In this document: positions 18,437 through 28,426 of the stretch, piece after piece | Layout of the letters: each line of letters begins with the position of its first letter | Position numbering within the stretch: the first letter of the stretch is position 1 | DNA from: a virus | Taxonomy: Duplodnaviria > Heunggongvirae > Uroviricota > Caudoviricetes | Reading direction: 5' to 3' (one strand) | Length of the DNA: 34,522 bases | Virus record (IMG/VR): IMGVR_UViG_3300037589_000184 | Span: 1 to 34,522 of that record | Translations under genes and position numbers: made by a program | Notes under the pieces: generated by a model | Told to the model about the DNA's origin: nothing | The model's input: the letters and a program-made list of their open reading frames with translations, nothing else | Databases searched by the model: none

Positions 18437-19648
18437 TTATGCAGTGAAAATATCCTCTATATCAGCCGATTCCTGTGAACCTGCAACGGCTCCCAACAAG
18501 ACCCCGAACAATCTCTTGTCCCCATTGTTGGTCTCCACCTTGTCGGTGTAGAACTCGAATGTAAGGGTATCATAGTTGACACCGTTCTCGAACTGGTACA
18601 CCAAATTCTTGGCTTGGATACCATCACTCAACTGTGGGTAGTAGTTGAGGTTGGTGTAATAGTTCATGGAATCCCATTCCTCTGCACGTAGGTCATAACC
18701 CGATCCAATTTCATAGACCAAGGCCTGATCTTCCACAAATGCAATTGCCTTTGCCCCTTCATTCACCCAAATGGAAGGTGACAACCTTACCCCTCTTGGA
18801 TAAACATAGTTTACCTCAAGGTCATTGTAGTTGGGTGCAGTCTGTACCTTGCCACTGATTACAAGATCAATGTAGATATCGTTTGCCGTACTCCCATCCG
18901 TATTGTAAGTGTTCAAAGCGGTGACAAGGGTATCAAGGTCAGTGATGGCCCCCACATTGGTGCCCACTACTGCCCAAGCTGAACCATCGTATACCTGTAA
19001 CTGGGTCCCTGCCGTTACAATGACAAGGTCACCTGCTGCGGGAGTGGTCTCACCTGCATCCCTAGCAGTGTTGTCGGCATAGGTCGTAAGGCCTGCCAAT
19101 GAGGCCGCACTCAACTTGGAGCTTGCGGTATAATATGGGGAATTGATGGCAACAATCTTGTCAACTGCCATTTTGGTCACCACATTGTTGTCCCTAGCAC
19201 TGAGGACACCATTTGCACACTGGCAATCGATCTCCTCTGCCGTGACACCCACGATGAAGTCACGGTGTGTCCAAGTAAGGCCATCCCGTCTGATAAGGGA
19301 ATCCTCATCAATTCCAAGATTGATCTGAAACCCGTCCACACACTCACAGTAAGTGATGGTAGTGCTCCACACGTTGGCCACCTCGGCAACATAGTCCTTC
19401 TGTTTGATGTTCTTGATCTTTGACTTTTCAATGGTGTCAAAGCTATAATAAACCTTTCCACCCACCTTTGATACAATGTTGAACCTGTCCGGCAATTCGG
19501 CAAAGGTGTCAACGGTATTGGCAATACTGGTGGTGCTGCCCTCGGCAAAGATGGCGAAATCCCCTTCTGCCAAGTCCTCTATACTTGTGCTGTATGCAAT
19601 GTTCTTTACATTGAACATCTGTTTGTTGTCAGCTAATGTACTTTTCAT
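18437..19648 (-). CDS. Auxiliary capsid / structural protein (crAss-like), 403 aa
   Basis: Second gene after the MCP, C-ending codons like the MCP, ends with NY(D)TLTFEF-type motif; synteny. Confidence 0.7.
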   Translation of the reverse strand: MKSTLADNKQMFNVKNIAYSTSIEDLAEGDFAIFAEGSTTSIANTVDTFAELPDRFNIVSKVGGKVYYSFDTIEKSKIKNIKQKDYVAEVANVWSTTITYCECVDGFQINLGIDEDSLIRRDGLTWTHRDFIVGVTAEEIDCQCANGVLSARDNNVVTKMAVDKIVAINSPYYTASSKLSAASLAGLTTYADNTARDAGETTPAAGDLVIVTAGTQLQVYDGSAWAVVGTNVGAITDLDTLVTALNTYNTDGSTANDIYIDLVISGKVQTAPNYNDLEVNYVYPRGVRLSPSIWVNEGAKAIAFVEDQALVYEIGSGYDLRAEEWDSMNYYTNLNYYPQLSDGIQAKNLVYQFENGVNYDTLTFEFYTDKVETNNGDKRLFGVLLGAVAGSQESADIEDIFTA

Positions 19649-19650
19649 GA

Positions 19651-20475
19651 TTATTCTTGCATTTTAGTTTTAATGTTCAAAAATAGTTCCTGATTTTCAG
19701 GTTTGTTCAAAAACTCTTTTACTTCGCTCTCGGCATAGCCAAGATTTGTGTCGAAGTAAAAAATGCCCTTACTGGTCTTCTTGAGAACACCATTATAAAG
19801 TGCCGTCTTCACGAATGCCGACATGGCCACATCCTCTTTGTCCGTGGCCAACAAGAGATCAAGCTGTTCGGATTTCTCCTTGTTCGAGGTAATCTCCTCG
19901 AACTTGATGGTAAGATAGTTGTCATCCTTTCCGTCCACATCCTCGTTCTCGATCAACATGACAAGGTCACGTTTTCTCTTGAGCGAAAGGTTGGACAGTT
20001 TTTGGATCCTTTCGTTCCTATCCTGCAATTTCTTTGCCCTTGCCTCTTCCTCCAAGCTTTCATTATAGATATAATGGGTTGCCTCGGGCTTTGAGCCACT
20101 CTCTATCTCCTGTTCGGAAACGTACATGAAGCTGCTCTTCAAGAGGAATTTGTACTTACAAAAGTCTATCAGGTTCCTGCCGGGATACAGAAAACTCGGA
20201 GAGTTCCCCAGTTCCACCTTCATCATCTGGCTCTCCCAGAAAGGATGTGGAACACCCCTTGTCCAGTTGTCGGTGATATCGTATGGAAAGTTTTTCTCCT
20301 TCAAATACTCCCTGTCCTTCTCGTCCAACCCTGTGGCATATTTCAATGTCACAGGGTCTACGAGACAGGGTATGGTATTTGACTGCGAAAAATATTCCAG
20401 ATTCTCCGAAAACTTCTTAATGTCCCCCCTGTTCGGGATGGGCCTGATCTCAATCTTTAGATTCTCGCTGTACAT
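19651..20475 (-). CDS. Conserved crAss-like protein directly downstream of the MCP, 274 aa
   Basis: YATGLD, PHPFWES, NLIDFCKYKFL and LGY.ESEVKEFLNKPENQEL-type segments; synteny. Confidence 0.7.
   Translation of the reverse strand: MYSENLKIEIRPIPNRGDIKKFSENLEYFSQSNTIPCLVDPVTLKYATGLDEKDREYLKEKNFPYDITDNWTRGVPHPFWESQMMKVELGNSPSFLYPGRNLIDFCKYKFLLKSSFMYVSEQEIESGSKPEATHYIYNESLEEEARAKKLQDRNERIQKLSNLSLKRKRDLVMLIENEDVDGKDDNYLTIKFEEITSNKEKSEQLDLLLATDKEDVAMSAFVKTALYNGVLKKTSKGIFYFDTNLGYAESEVKEFLNKPENQELFLNIKTKMQE
19678..19711 (-). promoter_or_regulatory. Bacteroidota-type promoter TTTG-N22-TATTTTTG upstream of the auxiliary capsid gene
   Basis: -7 box at 19685-19678, TTTG at 19711-19708; about 30 nt to the ATG at 19648. 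Confidence 0.5.
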
Positions 20476-20481
20476 ACTATA

Positions 20482-21969
20482 TTAATTTACTGATTTGATA
20501 AGCTCACCAGTGACGGTTGGATCCTTGATCTCGATCCCGACACTGTCAGAGATGTCCACTCGGTAGTAGTCCCCAGAATGTTTTGGGTTCTTGGAGATTT
20601 CCCCACCGGGTCCCACACGTCCCTCGACGATTGTGGTACCATATACCTTGTTCTTACGGACAAGGCAGATGTTGTCCTTCTTGTTGATGGACTGTCCATT
20701 TCCACCTGTAACATCCAAAATGGTGATCCTCTGTGACTGCAAAGGATATCCTGTCAATGGATCAATGTCCCTGTGGATGGACTTGTCATCGTTCAAAGGG
20801 TTGTGGATCAATTTGAAACTACCACCATTTGGTAGATCGTACATTGTGTACTGGTACCCTGCACGCAAAGAGTTGTTGTGTACACCTGATGGATCCTTTC
20901 TATCATAGGTCTGGCTCTCACGTACAATTGCCTTGCCATTCGACCATTTGTCAAGGGCCTTGGCAAACTCCTTCATACCATAGTGTCCTGAAAGGCCCAC
21001 TACCTCACCTAGATCACCGGGGCTGATACGGGAGTATACAATCTTGTCGAAGAAGGCCTCGATAAGCTCCGCACTCATGGTGGTGAACCTTTCGGTGTTG
21101 CCCCCGAACTCGATCTGTTGCTCCATACCTGCACCCGGATTGATTGGGTAGCCGGAATCTGGATCGATCAAAGGCTCATCCCCAAGTCGGGAGTACATGG
21201 CATGCATTGCAAGTTCCTTGTTCATGGCCATGTGGTATTCCGCTTCCTGCATATCCATCCAAGAATTGTACACTTTGCCATTACTGTCCATGAAGGCAAT
21301 GTCCAACACTGCCTGTGCGGCAAAATCCGTCACCTTGTACTCTTTTCTCAACTTCACCAAGGAGTTTTTGTACTCCACATTGGTGAAACCTTCCACGTGG
21401 CCACCACTCTCAGCGGCCTCTCCCCTCATGGTGTACATTCTTGTCCACTTGGTGCCGGGAGCAAGATACTTGGTCTTGATGAAGTGGTCCTGCCCTTCGG
21501 TGTAGGTCTTCAAGGTATACTCAAAGCCACGGGCACCGTCCTTTTTCTTGGACACCACTGTCACCACCTGTGATTTGTCAGAGGAACCGGGACCCCAAGA
21601 CTCACCTATCTGGGCAAGATCGACATCCACCAACACTACGATTGGCCTACGGTATTTACCGGGTGTGGAAGTCAGTTCAGTGGTACGGTTCTCCAAAATG
21701 GTAATGGGACGGAACCCCTTTACCCTCATCTTCCATGACCAGTTCAGGTCATCGATATATTTTGTCTTGCCAAGTCCGAAGATACCTTCCAAAAGGTTAC
21801 CACCGGATAGGTTCAGACTGTTGGTCTTGGACGCGAACAAAGCTCTTTGTGGAGCCTCGAACACTGTAGGTTTCAGAGCAAGGTTCTTGCTCCAATGGTT
21901 CAGGTCCGTCATTCTCTTTGAATCAAAACGGGCCTGTCTTACTTGCAACTTGTTAATTGTTAGTGCCAT
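20482..21969 (-). CDS. Major capsid protein (crAss-like, HK97 fold), 495 aa
   Basis: Size and position after portal and scaffold. Motifs EYKNSLVKLRKEYKVT, NPGAGMEQQI, GYQYTMYDLPNG...LIHNPLND and GIEIKDPT. Confidence 0.9.
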   Translation of the reverse strand: MALTINKLQVRQARFDSKRMTDLNHWSKNLALKPTVFEAPQRALFASKTNSLNLSGGNLLEGIFGLGKTKYIDDLNWSWKMRVKGFRPITILENRTTELTSTPGKYRRPIVVLVDVDLAQIGESWGPGSSDKSQVVTVVSKKKDGARGFEYTLKTYTEGQDHFIKTKYLAPGTKWTRMYTMRGEAAESGGHVEGFTNVEYKNSLVKLRKEYKVTDFAAQAVLDIAFMDSNGKVYNSWMDMQEAEYHMAMNKELAMHAMYSRLGDEPLIDPDSGYPINPGAGMEQQIEFGGNTERFTTMSAELIEAFFDKIVYSRISPGDLGEVVGLSGHYGMKEFAKALDKWSNGKAIVRESQTYDRKDPSGVHNNSLRAGYQYTMYDLPNGGSFKLIHNPLNDDKSIHRDIDPLTGYPLQSQRITILDVTGGNGQSINKKDNICLVRKNKVYGTTIVEGRVGPGGEISKNPKHSGDYYRVDISDSVGIEIKDPTVTGELIKSVN

Positions 21970-22004
21970 TTTTCAAAATTTCTGTTTTTAATGTCACTGG
22001 CTAA

Positions 22005-23174
22005 TCAAAAGTAGTCGGCCAGAGCTTTTTGTTCAACTTTCTTTGTTCTTTGGGGAGTTACCTTGCCTTGCAGCCCGTCTTTTATCTCCCCGACTTTCTT
22101 GGTCTTCTCGGCCCTGCCGAACTGATCAAGTTTAAAATCGTCCTTTAACAGTTTTGCCAACAGTACGACTTTCTTTTTATCCTTCATGGCCAAGAAGATG
22201 TCCCTGTGCAATGGGGAGATCTTTCTTCCGTCCTCAAGCTGTACGCTTGTCTCGGCTATGTAGGCGGGAAGCTCCCTTTGTTCCTGTCTGGTGAGCTTTA
22301 CCCCTTCAAAATCTTTTTCTTTTCCTATAAAGGTAGAGAGTTCCGATCTGTACTCCCTTTCCCTTTCCTTCTGTTCCCTGACTGCCTGTGCCCTTTTGTC
22401 GGCCTCTTTCTTGGCAATCTCCTTGTCGGCCTTTACAAAGGTGCCGTGCAGCTTTTCGGAAACGGACTTCAATTTTCCAGAGTCCTTCAAATATTCAACA
22501 TAGGTGTTGATCTCCTCCTTTGATTCCCCTTTTTCCATCCTGTCCCTAGTGACGAGCAGGATCTGGTTCTCCTCGGATTCAAGGTCCATGTCCTCTGTTA
22601 CGGATATTCCCCCCTGTGGGACAAGCTTGGTCAACAGCTCCCTTATGTTCCCACCTTTAAGGTTGTATTTTACTATTTCCTTCACGGAAGGGTCAAGTCC
22701 GGAAAACTTTTCCTCGACCATGGTCTCGAACCTTTGCTCAAGGCTGTCCTCTAATATCTCATCGGCAAGCTCATCGGTGAGTTCCTCACCTTCCTCAAGC
22801 TCATATTCCACAAGTCCCCTTTCCTTCAAGGTGAGCAAAAGTGAAGAACTGGCAATATCGGATTTCTTCGGTTCCTGTTTTCCTGCCTTGTCACCTTCTT
22901 CTCCCTCTTCTTCTTCCGTGGCCGGGGCCTCTTCCGACAATTTGGAGAAAAGGTCATCTTCCTTCTTTGCAGGTTGGGTCTCCTTGCCCTCTTCCTTTTC
23001 TTCTTCCTTGGCAGCAGGCTGTTCACCGACCTCGATGTCATCCTTCAATACCGTGGACATCACATCCTCTTCCCCTGTACCCCCTGAAAGGCCATTGAAA
23101 AGATCCACTCCCGAGGCATCGTCCCATCCCTCAAAACCTTCTATACTGTTGCCGTTTTTGTTTTCCTCGCTCAT
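22005..23174 (-). CDS. Putative capsid scaffolding protein, about 389 aa
   Basis: Very acidic N-terminal half and coiled-coil C-terminus, between portal and MCP. Start moved to ATG 23174 because TTG 23183 lies inside the -7 box. Confidence 0.7.
   Translation of the reverse strand: MSEENKNGNSIEGFEGWDDASGVDLFNGLSGGTGEEDVMSTVLKDDIEVGEQPAAKEEEKEEGKETQPAKKEDDLFSKLSEEAPATEEEEGEEGDKAGKQEPKKSDIASSSLLLTLKERGLVEYELEEGEELTDELADEILEDSLEQRFETMVEEKFSGLDPSVKEIVKYNLKGGNIRELLTKLVPQGGISVTEDMDLESEENQILLVTRDRMEKGESKEEINTYVEYLKDSGKLKSVSEKLHGTFVKADKEIAKKEADKRAQAVREQKEREREYRSELSTFIGKEKDFEGVKLTRQEQRELPAYIAETSVQLEDGRKISPLHRDIFLAMKDKKKVVLLAKLLKDDFKLDQFGRAEKTKKVGEIKDGLQGKVTPQRTKKVEQKALADYF
22006..22036 (-). promoter_or_regulatory. 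Bacteroidota-type promoter TTG-N20-TACTTTTG upstream of the MCP
   Basis: -7 box at 22013-22006, TTG at 22036-22034; 36 nt to the ATG at 21969. Confidence 0.55.
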
Positions 23175-23180
23175 TTTGAA

Positions 23181-23212
23181 CAAATTTAAGGTTAAATATT
23201 AATAAAATTCAA
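23181..23212 (-). promoter_or_regulatory. Bacteroidota-type promoter TTG-N21-TAAATTTG upstream of the scaffold gene
   Basis: -7 box at 23188-23181, TTG at 23212-23210 in an AT-rich gap; 6 nt to the ATG. Confidence 0.6.
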
Positions 23213-23251
23213 GTGTTTTACTTAAAAGATCAAAAAATATCATTATAGCGA

Positions 23252-25651
23252 TTATTTTGAACTTTTCTCTTTTTTCTTTTGTTGAAGCTCTTTTTTGTCC
23301 ATTGTCTTTTGGTGCTCGAACTTCCTTTCCTCAAGGTTCTGCTTTCTGGCCTCTATCTGTGCATTACTGGAATCCCTTGCCAGTTCGACTATGTCAAGTA
23401 TACCATCGTTGTCGAGGTCCTTGTCCTCATTGAACCCTGCTGACAATATGAGCTGCTTCTTGATCTCACGTTCCGTTTTAAGCTTTTCGGTTAATTTTAT
23501 CTTATTAAGGTCATGTGCCCACTGTTCCTTCTGGTGGTCACGTTGCTTCTGGGCCTCCTCTGCATCTGCCTTACGTTTTCTTTCCGCCTCACCGAACTCA
23601 TCCTGTCTTCTCTTCTCCTCTGCTGCCCTAAGGATTTCCTCGGCCTCCTGTGAACCTTCCTGTCTTGCTATGGAAAGTACATCGGAAAGCTCTGCCTTTT
23701 GGTTCTGTAATGCGGCATGTGCGAAGGTCTTGAGTGTCTCCTTGATCTCGGAGGCATCGGATGAGTCCTCTACGAACAGACCTATACCGGAAGCTTCCAA
23801 CATACCTTGGTCTACTTCGAAGGTCCTTATGGACATGTCGTCCCAGATATAGCTCAGTGCCCCCGGGGGGTTTTCCCTATAGGCTACTTTTGCGGCCTCT
23901 ATCAGGGCCTGCAATACATTTTTCTTTGTGTGGTTGTGCATGTCAAAGTAAGGCTCCAAGATATAGGAGGTCTGTACTATCTGCTGTTTGGTGTTGCCCA
24001 CCTCCGCACTTGGGGCTATCTGCCCAAGCACCGCATCATTGAGCCCCACTGATTTTCCACATGCCTCATCAAGTGATAGGATGAGGTCTATATATTTTCC
24101 TATATCGGATACCAAGGAAAGGTCAAGCTCCTTTGCAAGTGTGTTGACGTCCGAATATCCCACTCCCTCCTCATTTGGGTTGTACCACATAAAGGGGGTG
24201 CTCTCAAAGAAATATTGCCACTTCTCTATGTCCATACCGGAGCTTTCCGGAATGGCATTGATGTTCATCAATATCTTCTTTCCCTTGTCCGATGCCAAGA
24301 GCATCTCCAACCTATAGGAGAAAATGTTCACCCAATATTGATAGGGCACCATCCTGTCAACGGGGCATGTTACCTCCGAGTTCATATTGTCCATCCTGTG
24401 CCCATAGTAGGGAAGGTTGCACTCATATAGGTTGTCAAGGTCATAGTACCTTCCGGGAACTGCCTGCATGTTCTTATAGATATCACTGGATATCTTATAG
24501 GTCTCATAGGTCTCGGGTATCCATTCCCATTCCAAGTTTACATCCCCATTATCGGGATCGAACACATAACTTTCGTCCACTATGTCCATCTGTAGGGTCT
24601 CGGTCTCATCATAATAGGTGAGGAACCCCATCTTTCTGAGATCCTTCCAGACAGTGTGCAATACCCTTACAAGTCCCGGATTCTTTATATTGATGTCGTT
24701 ATTGTCAATGTACCTGAACAGATCCTCGTTTGATTGGTCCGAGGCAAATCTTCCATATCTGCTGTAAATCTTGTCTATCTCATCATCATCCAGATCGAAT
24801 GACCTTATCACTTCGGAAGGGTACATCCAATTCTCGTATGTGGCCCATTCCCCTTGTTGTACAAAATCATGATCGGGTGCAGGATCACTCCTGAAATACA
24901 TGGGATTGATGTTCTTTACCCTTGGTTTCCCCTTCAATATCCCTACCCAATATAGGTCATATCCAGAACCCATACTGTATTTCCAACCCTTGTTGAACTT
25001 TCTCTTGAGATCTTCCTTTTTTATAAGATATTGGGAAAGTTGGTGGTGCATCACCTCGGCAGGATCTTGATGCTTCCTTTCCATATACCTCCTGACCCTG
25101 TCGGGTGTGGCAGCTTGGACCTCCTGTTCTATGGCATCGTTGATTTCCTGTTGTTCCCTTTCCGAGAGTTGCCTCCCCCTTGTCTGCTCGGCATACTTGA
25201 GTTCCTTTTCCTTTCTGATGGGACCCACTATCTCACTGATGACGTATTCCCTTATCCTGTTGGTCTCCTCCTCTTCCTTCCTTGTGGTGGCATCCCGATT
25301 GGTGGCAAGTACCTTGAAATTGAAGGGCCTTTTCATTTCCATCCCCTCCATGGCCTTTGTCCTACTGGATATGATGTCCCTGTTCATCATGGTGGCAGGG
25401 AGTTCCCCCACTTCGGACCCAAAGGGCCTGCACACATATTCAAGGTCCTCGATGTTGAGCTTGTTGTTCATCAGGTCAAAGTTGACCTGCATCCTCTTTC
25501 TGTCACTGGGCTTTCCGTTTTCGGCATGTACCGTCTGTGGACCAATATCGAACTGTTCCACCTTTTCTTTGTACCAAGCAAAATTGTTGGCCTCTTTCTG
25601 GGTTCTGGTCAGCCTCTTTTTCTCGGAGACATTTGATTTTTTGTTGTCCAT
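23252..25651 (-). CDS. Portal protein (crAss-like), 799 aa
   Basis: Directly after TerL. Motifs PATMMNRDII...KAMEGMEMKRPF, KFNKGWKY, LLASDKGK and GLNDAVLGQI; long helical C-terminus. Confidence 0.92.
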   Translation of the reverse strand: MDNKKSNVSEKKRLTRTQKEANNFAWYKEKVEQFDIGPQTVHAENGKPSDRKRMQVNFDLMNNKLNIEDLEYVCRPFGSEVGELPATMMNRDIISSRTKAMEGMEMKRPFNFKVLATNRDATTRKEEEETNRIREYVISEIVGPIRKEKELKYAEQTRGRQLSEREQQEINDAIEQEVQAATPDRVRRYMERKHQDPAEVMHHQLSQYLIKKEDLKRKFNKGWKYSMGSGYDLYWVGILKGKPRVKNINPMYFRSDPAPDHDFVQQGEWATYENWMYPSEVIRSFDLDDDEIDKIYSRYGRFASDQSNEDLFRYIDNNDINIKNPGLVRVLHTVWKDLRKMGFLTYYDETETLQMDIVDESYVFDPDNGDVNLEWEWIPETYETYKISSDIYKNMQAVPGRYYDLDNLYECNLPYYGHRMDNMNSEVTCPVDRMVPYQYWVNIFSYRLEMLLASDKGKKILMNINAIPESSGMDIEKWQYFFESTPFMWYNPNEEGVGYSDVNTLAKELDLSLVSDIGKYIDLILSLDEACGKSVGLNDAVLGQIAPSAEVGNTKQQIVQTSYILEPYFDMHNHTKKNVLQALIEAAKVAYRENPPGALSYIWDDMSIRTFEVDQGMLEASGIGLFVEDSSDASEIKETLKTFAHAALQNQKAELSDVLSIARQEGSQEAEEILRAAEEKRRQDEFGEAERKRKADAEEAQKQRDHQKEQWAHDLNKIKLTEKLKTEREIKKQLILSAGFNEDKDLDNDGILDIVELARDSSNAQIEARKQNLEERKFEHQKTMDKKELQQKKKEKSSK

Positions 25652-25679
25652 AGGTCAATTACCGGTATATACCATTTAC

Positions 25680-25714
25680 CAAAAGTATAAATTTATGCCG
25701 GACTTTTCATCAAA
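25680..25714 (-). promoter_or_regulatory. Bacteroidota-type promoter TTTG-N23-TACTTTTG upstream of the portal gene
   Basis: -7 box at 25687-25680, TTTG at 25714-25711; 28 nt to the ATG at 25651. Confidence 0.55.
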
Positions 25715-27849
25715 GTCCCCTTCTTTTTGTACATTTTATCTATCATTGCAACCATCTTTTCCACTTTTTTGTTGCCCCTCCCACTCTCGTACTCTTTTCC
25801 AAGCTCCTCTTCCTGTACTTGGAAAAGGCACATGAACAGGGCCGATACAAGGTCAAAGTTGCCCTTTCTGAAATAGGCTATAAGCTCTTCCAACAACCTG
25901 ATGGAATATATCTTGTCCAATACCCTTATGGGATCCCCGTTCTCATCATAGTCAAGTATCTGTAATAGCCACTCCTTTGCATACCTCTCCCCTGCATCCT
26001 TCAACTGCGGGGTCATGTGGCACCCCAACACCCTTGCCACTGTTGAGTTCTTTATATTCTTGCTTATGACGGTATCGGGCTGTGCCGCCAAAAGGCCCAA
26101 TCTTTTTATCCTCCTGAAATAGTTCTTCACCCCCGTGACCTCGTTCTCGTGCATGATGGTGGTGTTGTACCAATCCGCCAACATCTCGGCAATCTTGTCC
26201 ATGTCCTCGGGGACCTCCATCCTACCAATGTATTCTGCCACTGGGATATTATAGTGCCGTGTCCCCACATGTACCCCTTTGTAGACTATTATCCCTGCAA
26301 GGGAGGTACCCTCGTCCTGTCTCACAGGGTCATATCCTATCTTGTACAGTCCCTTTGGGGCATTGGGAACAGGTTCCTCATATACCATGACACAGCCCCT
26401 CTTGTCAACTGGAAGGTTCTTATAACTGGTGATCGGGGAAACGGAACCATCAAGTATCCTTTTTGCCCTTACCTCTCCCCCCTCATAATAGAGCTTCACA
26501 GGGGTCCCCTTTGACCATTGCCATTTCTTTGCCTTGACCTTGTCAAGCTGTGCCTTGAGTTCCACAACCGGAAAATTGTTCATGGAGATAAGTCCAAATG
26601 CCTCGGCAGAGTTCTTCGGATACTCCTGCATCCTCCTCTGTATCTCATCGGAAGTGGCCCCACTGTCGATGAGGTCCTGTCTTATCTTGTCCTCTGCCTG
26701 TTTGGCAGATTCAAGATTGGAGTTCCCGTTCTCGTCATAGTGCCCCTCCATATTCCACTGTACGGGATGGAAGAACCCTTCCACCTTTTCCTCAAACTCC
26801 CCCCACACATCATAAAAGGGAAGGAATCCAAAGGCAAGGGGCCTTTCGTGCATGTCGGCAAAATCCACGGTACCTGCCTCCATATCCCCGGAAGTACCAA
26901 AATATGTCTGCATACCTGTCTTTATGCTACCTGCCCTAGTAGAAGGTTCCATTGCAGTGTGACTGGCCTTGAGTCCCCCGGGTGTGCCCCAAGCCCCGAC
27001 CTCTTCACCTATGATGTCGATGGCATCCTTTCCCCTACCCGCATTGGGATTGTCCTTGAAGGTGATGGCCTGTATCTCGGACATGAACCCCTTCTCCATC
27101 TTTATCCCGTTCTGGTACTCTATATAGGAGGCCCGTATATGGTCCTGTTTGTTGATGACATCACTGGGCATCGACCATGCAGTGTGCTCGTTGGCAAAAT
27201 TGATGTTGGCAAGGGCCATATTGAAGATTCCCTTTGGGTACAGGTACTTCTTCTCATAGGCCATGAACATGGTATAGCTATCGGGCCTGTGGAGAAAATT
27301 ACAGGATGCTATACTGGCATTCTTATAGGAATACCCCTTCCTCCGTGACTTCCCGACTATGAGGTCATACCCCCCCAATAAATGATTGGGCAACACCTTG
27401 ACCTCAAGGTGCAGGCTATCAAGATATTCCTTCAATTTGTTGACCTGCTCGATCTCCGGGAGGTTCAGGGTAAAGGTCTCCTCATCATCCGAGACCATCA
27501 GGGCACCCAGTATCCCTTTTCGGGCAATCTCCCGTACCCAAAAGTAATTGTAGTCCCCGTCCCAGAAATCAGGAAAGCCCTTTATCTTTTTGGACACCTT
27601 TGCATTGGCATCCTCCACCCTCTGGATGGGACAGTAGTTGAGGTAGTAATAGTGGTTCCCCGTTATCTTGGCCCCACCGGAAGAGTATCCATGGAGGCAC
27701 CTTCTTCTTTCAGTTGTCCAATAGTCGAACCAATCCGGACTGCCCACGGGATCCGAACAGTAGTGGCCATATTTCATGAAATGCCTTGCGGCATCCCTGA
27801 AACTGTTGGTGTTTATCCAAATCCCCTCACTGTTCCTTACCGAATCCAT
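25693..27849 (-). CDS. terL: Terminase large subunit, 718 aa
   Basis: Walker A-like VGKSRRKGYSY, Walker B IIGEEVG, nuclease IGYDPV, TIMHENEV and GNFDLVSAL; crAss-type N-terminus ITGNHYYYLNYCPI. Confidence 0.95.
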   Translation of the reverse strand: MDSVRNSEGIWINTNSFRDAARHFMKYGHYCSDPVGSPDWFDYWTTERRRCLHGYSSGGAKITGNHYYYLNYCPIQRVEDANAKVSKKIKGFPDFWDGDYNYFWVREIARKGILGALMVSDDEETFTLNLPEIEQVNKLKEYLDSLHLEVKVLPNHLLGGYDLIVGKSRRKGYSYKNASIASCNFLHRPDSYTMFMAYEKKYLYPKGIFNMALANINFANEHTAWSMPSDVINKQDHIRASYIEYQNGIKMEKGFMSEIQAITFKDNPNAGRGKDAIDIIGEEVGAWGTPGGLKASHTAMEPSTRAGSIKTGMQTYFGTSGDMEAGTVDFADMHERPLAFGFLPFYDVWGEFEEKVEGFFHPVQWNMEGHYDENGNSNLESAKQAEDKIRQDLIDSGATSDEIQRRMQEYPKNSAEAFGLISMNNFPVVELKAQLDKVKAKKWQWSKGTPVKLYYEGGEVRAKRILDGSVSPITSYKNLPVDKRGCVMVYEEPVPNAPKGLYKIGYDPVRQDEGTSLAGIIVYKGVHVGTRHYNIPVAEYIGRMEVPEDMDKIAEMLADWYNTTIMHENEVTGVKNYFRRIKRLGLLAAQPDTVISKNIKNSTVARVLGCHMTPQLKDAGERYAKEWLLQILDYDENGDPIRVLDKIYSIRLLEELIAYFRKGNFDLVSALFMCLFQVQEEELGKEYESGRGNKKVEKMVAMIDKMYKKKGTLMKSPA

Positions 27850-27850
27850 A

Positions 27851-28426
27851 TCAACTCTCTATGCTTGCCCTCTGTGCAAAATGTCCGACTTCCTTGTCCC
27901 CTTTTCTCCTTGTGCTCTCAAAGAGTTCCTGTTCTACCTTTTCCTTGAGTTCGTTGAGGTTCTGCAATACCTTTGATGTATCGTTGAGTGCCGATGTGAT
28001 GTCCCTTGGTTTGTATATTGGGGCCAAGGTCTTCAAGTTCACTGTATTCATATCGAATTCCTCAAAGAAGTCCATCATTTTTTCGGCACCTGTCTTTGCG
28101 GACATATAGTACCTATAGGTCACAGAGGCCTCCTCTTGGAACTCCCTTATCTTTTCAATTCCCTCCAATACAAGCTCATCGGCCTCCCAGTTCTCTATTC
28201 TGATAATGTCCTCCCTCACCTTATCGGGCTTTTGCTCCTCCGGATACCCCCGATAGGGGTTGGTCTTTTTCATGGAGGTCACAAATTCCATATAGGTGAA
28301 CTCCTGTTTTGCCACCTCTTTGTTGGGATGCCCGTCCCTCTCCCATATCTGTTTGAAGGGTGGGATCATAAGGGTCTCCACATGTGGCACCACAGCTTTT
28401 CCCTCTACCGTGAACAGCATGCTCAT
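27851..28426 (-). CDS. Conserved crAss-like protein upstream of TerL; possible small terminase subunit
   Basis: 191 aa, helical, abuts terL. The function is inferred from position only. Confidence 0.55.
   Translation of the reverse strand: MSMLFTVEGKAVVPHVETLMIPPFKQIWERDGHPNKEVAKQEFTYMEFVTSMKKTNPYRGYPEEQKPDKVREDIIRIENWEADELVLEGIEKIREFQEEASVTYRYYMSAKTGAEKMMDFFEEFDMNTVNLKTLAPIYKPRDITSALNDTSKVLQNLNELKEKVEQELFESTRRKGDKEVGHFAQRASIES

Noticed and set aside
25693-27849. Intein or intron in TerL (also checked portal and MCP)
   Set aside because: Lengths are normal for crAss-like homologues, with no C...HN splice junctions, LAGLIDADG motifs or frame breaks.
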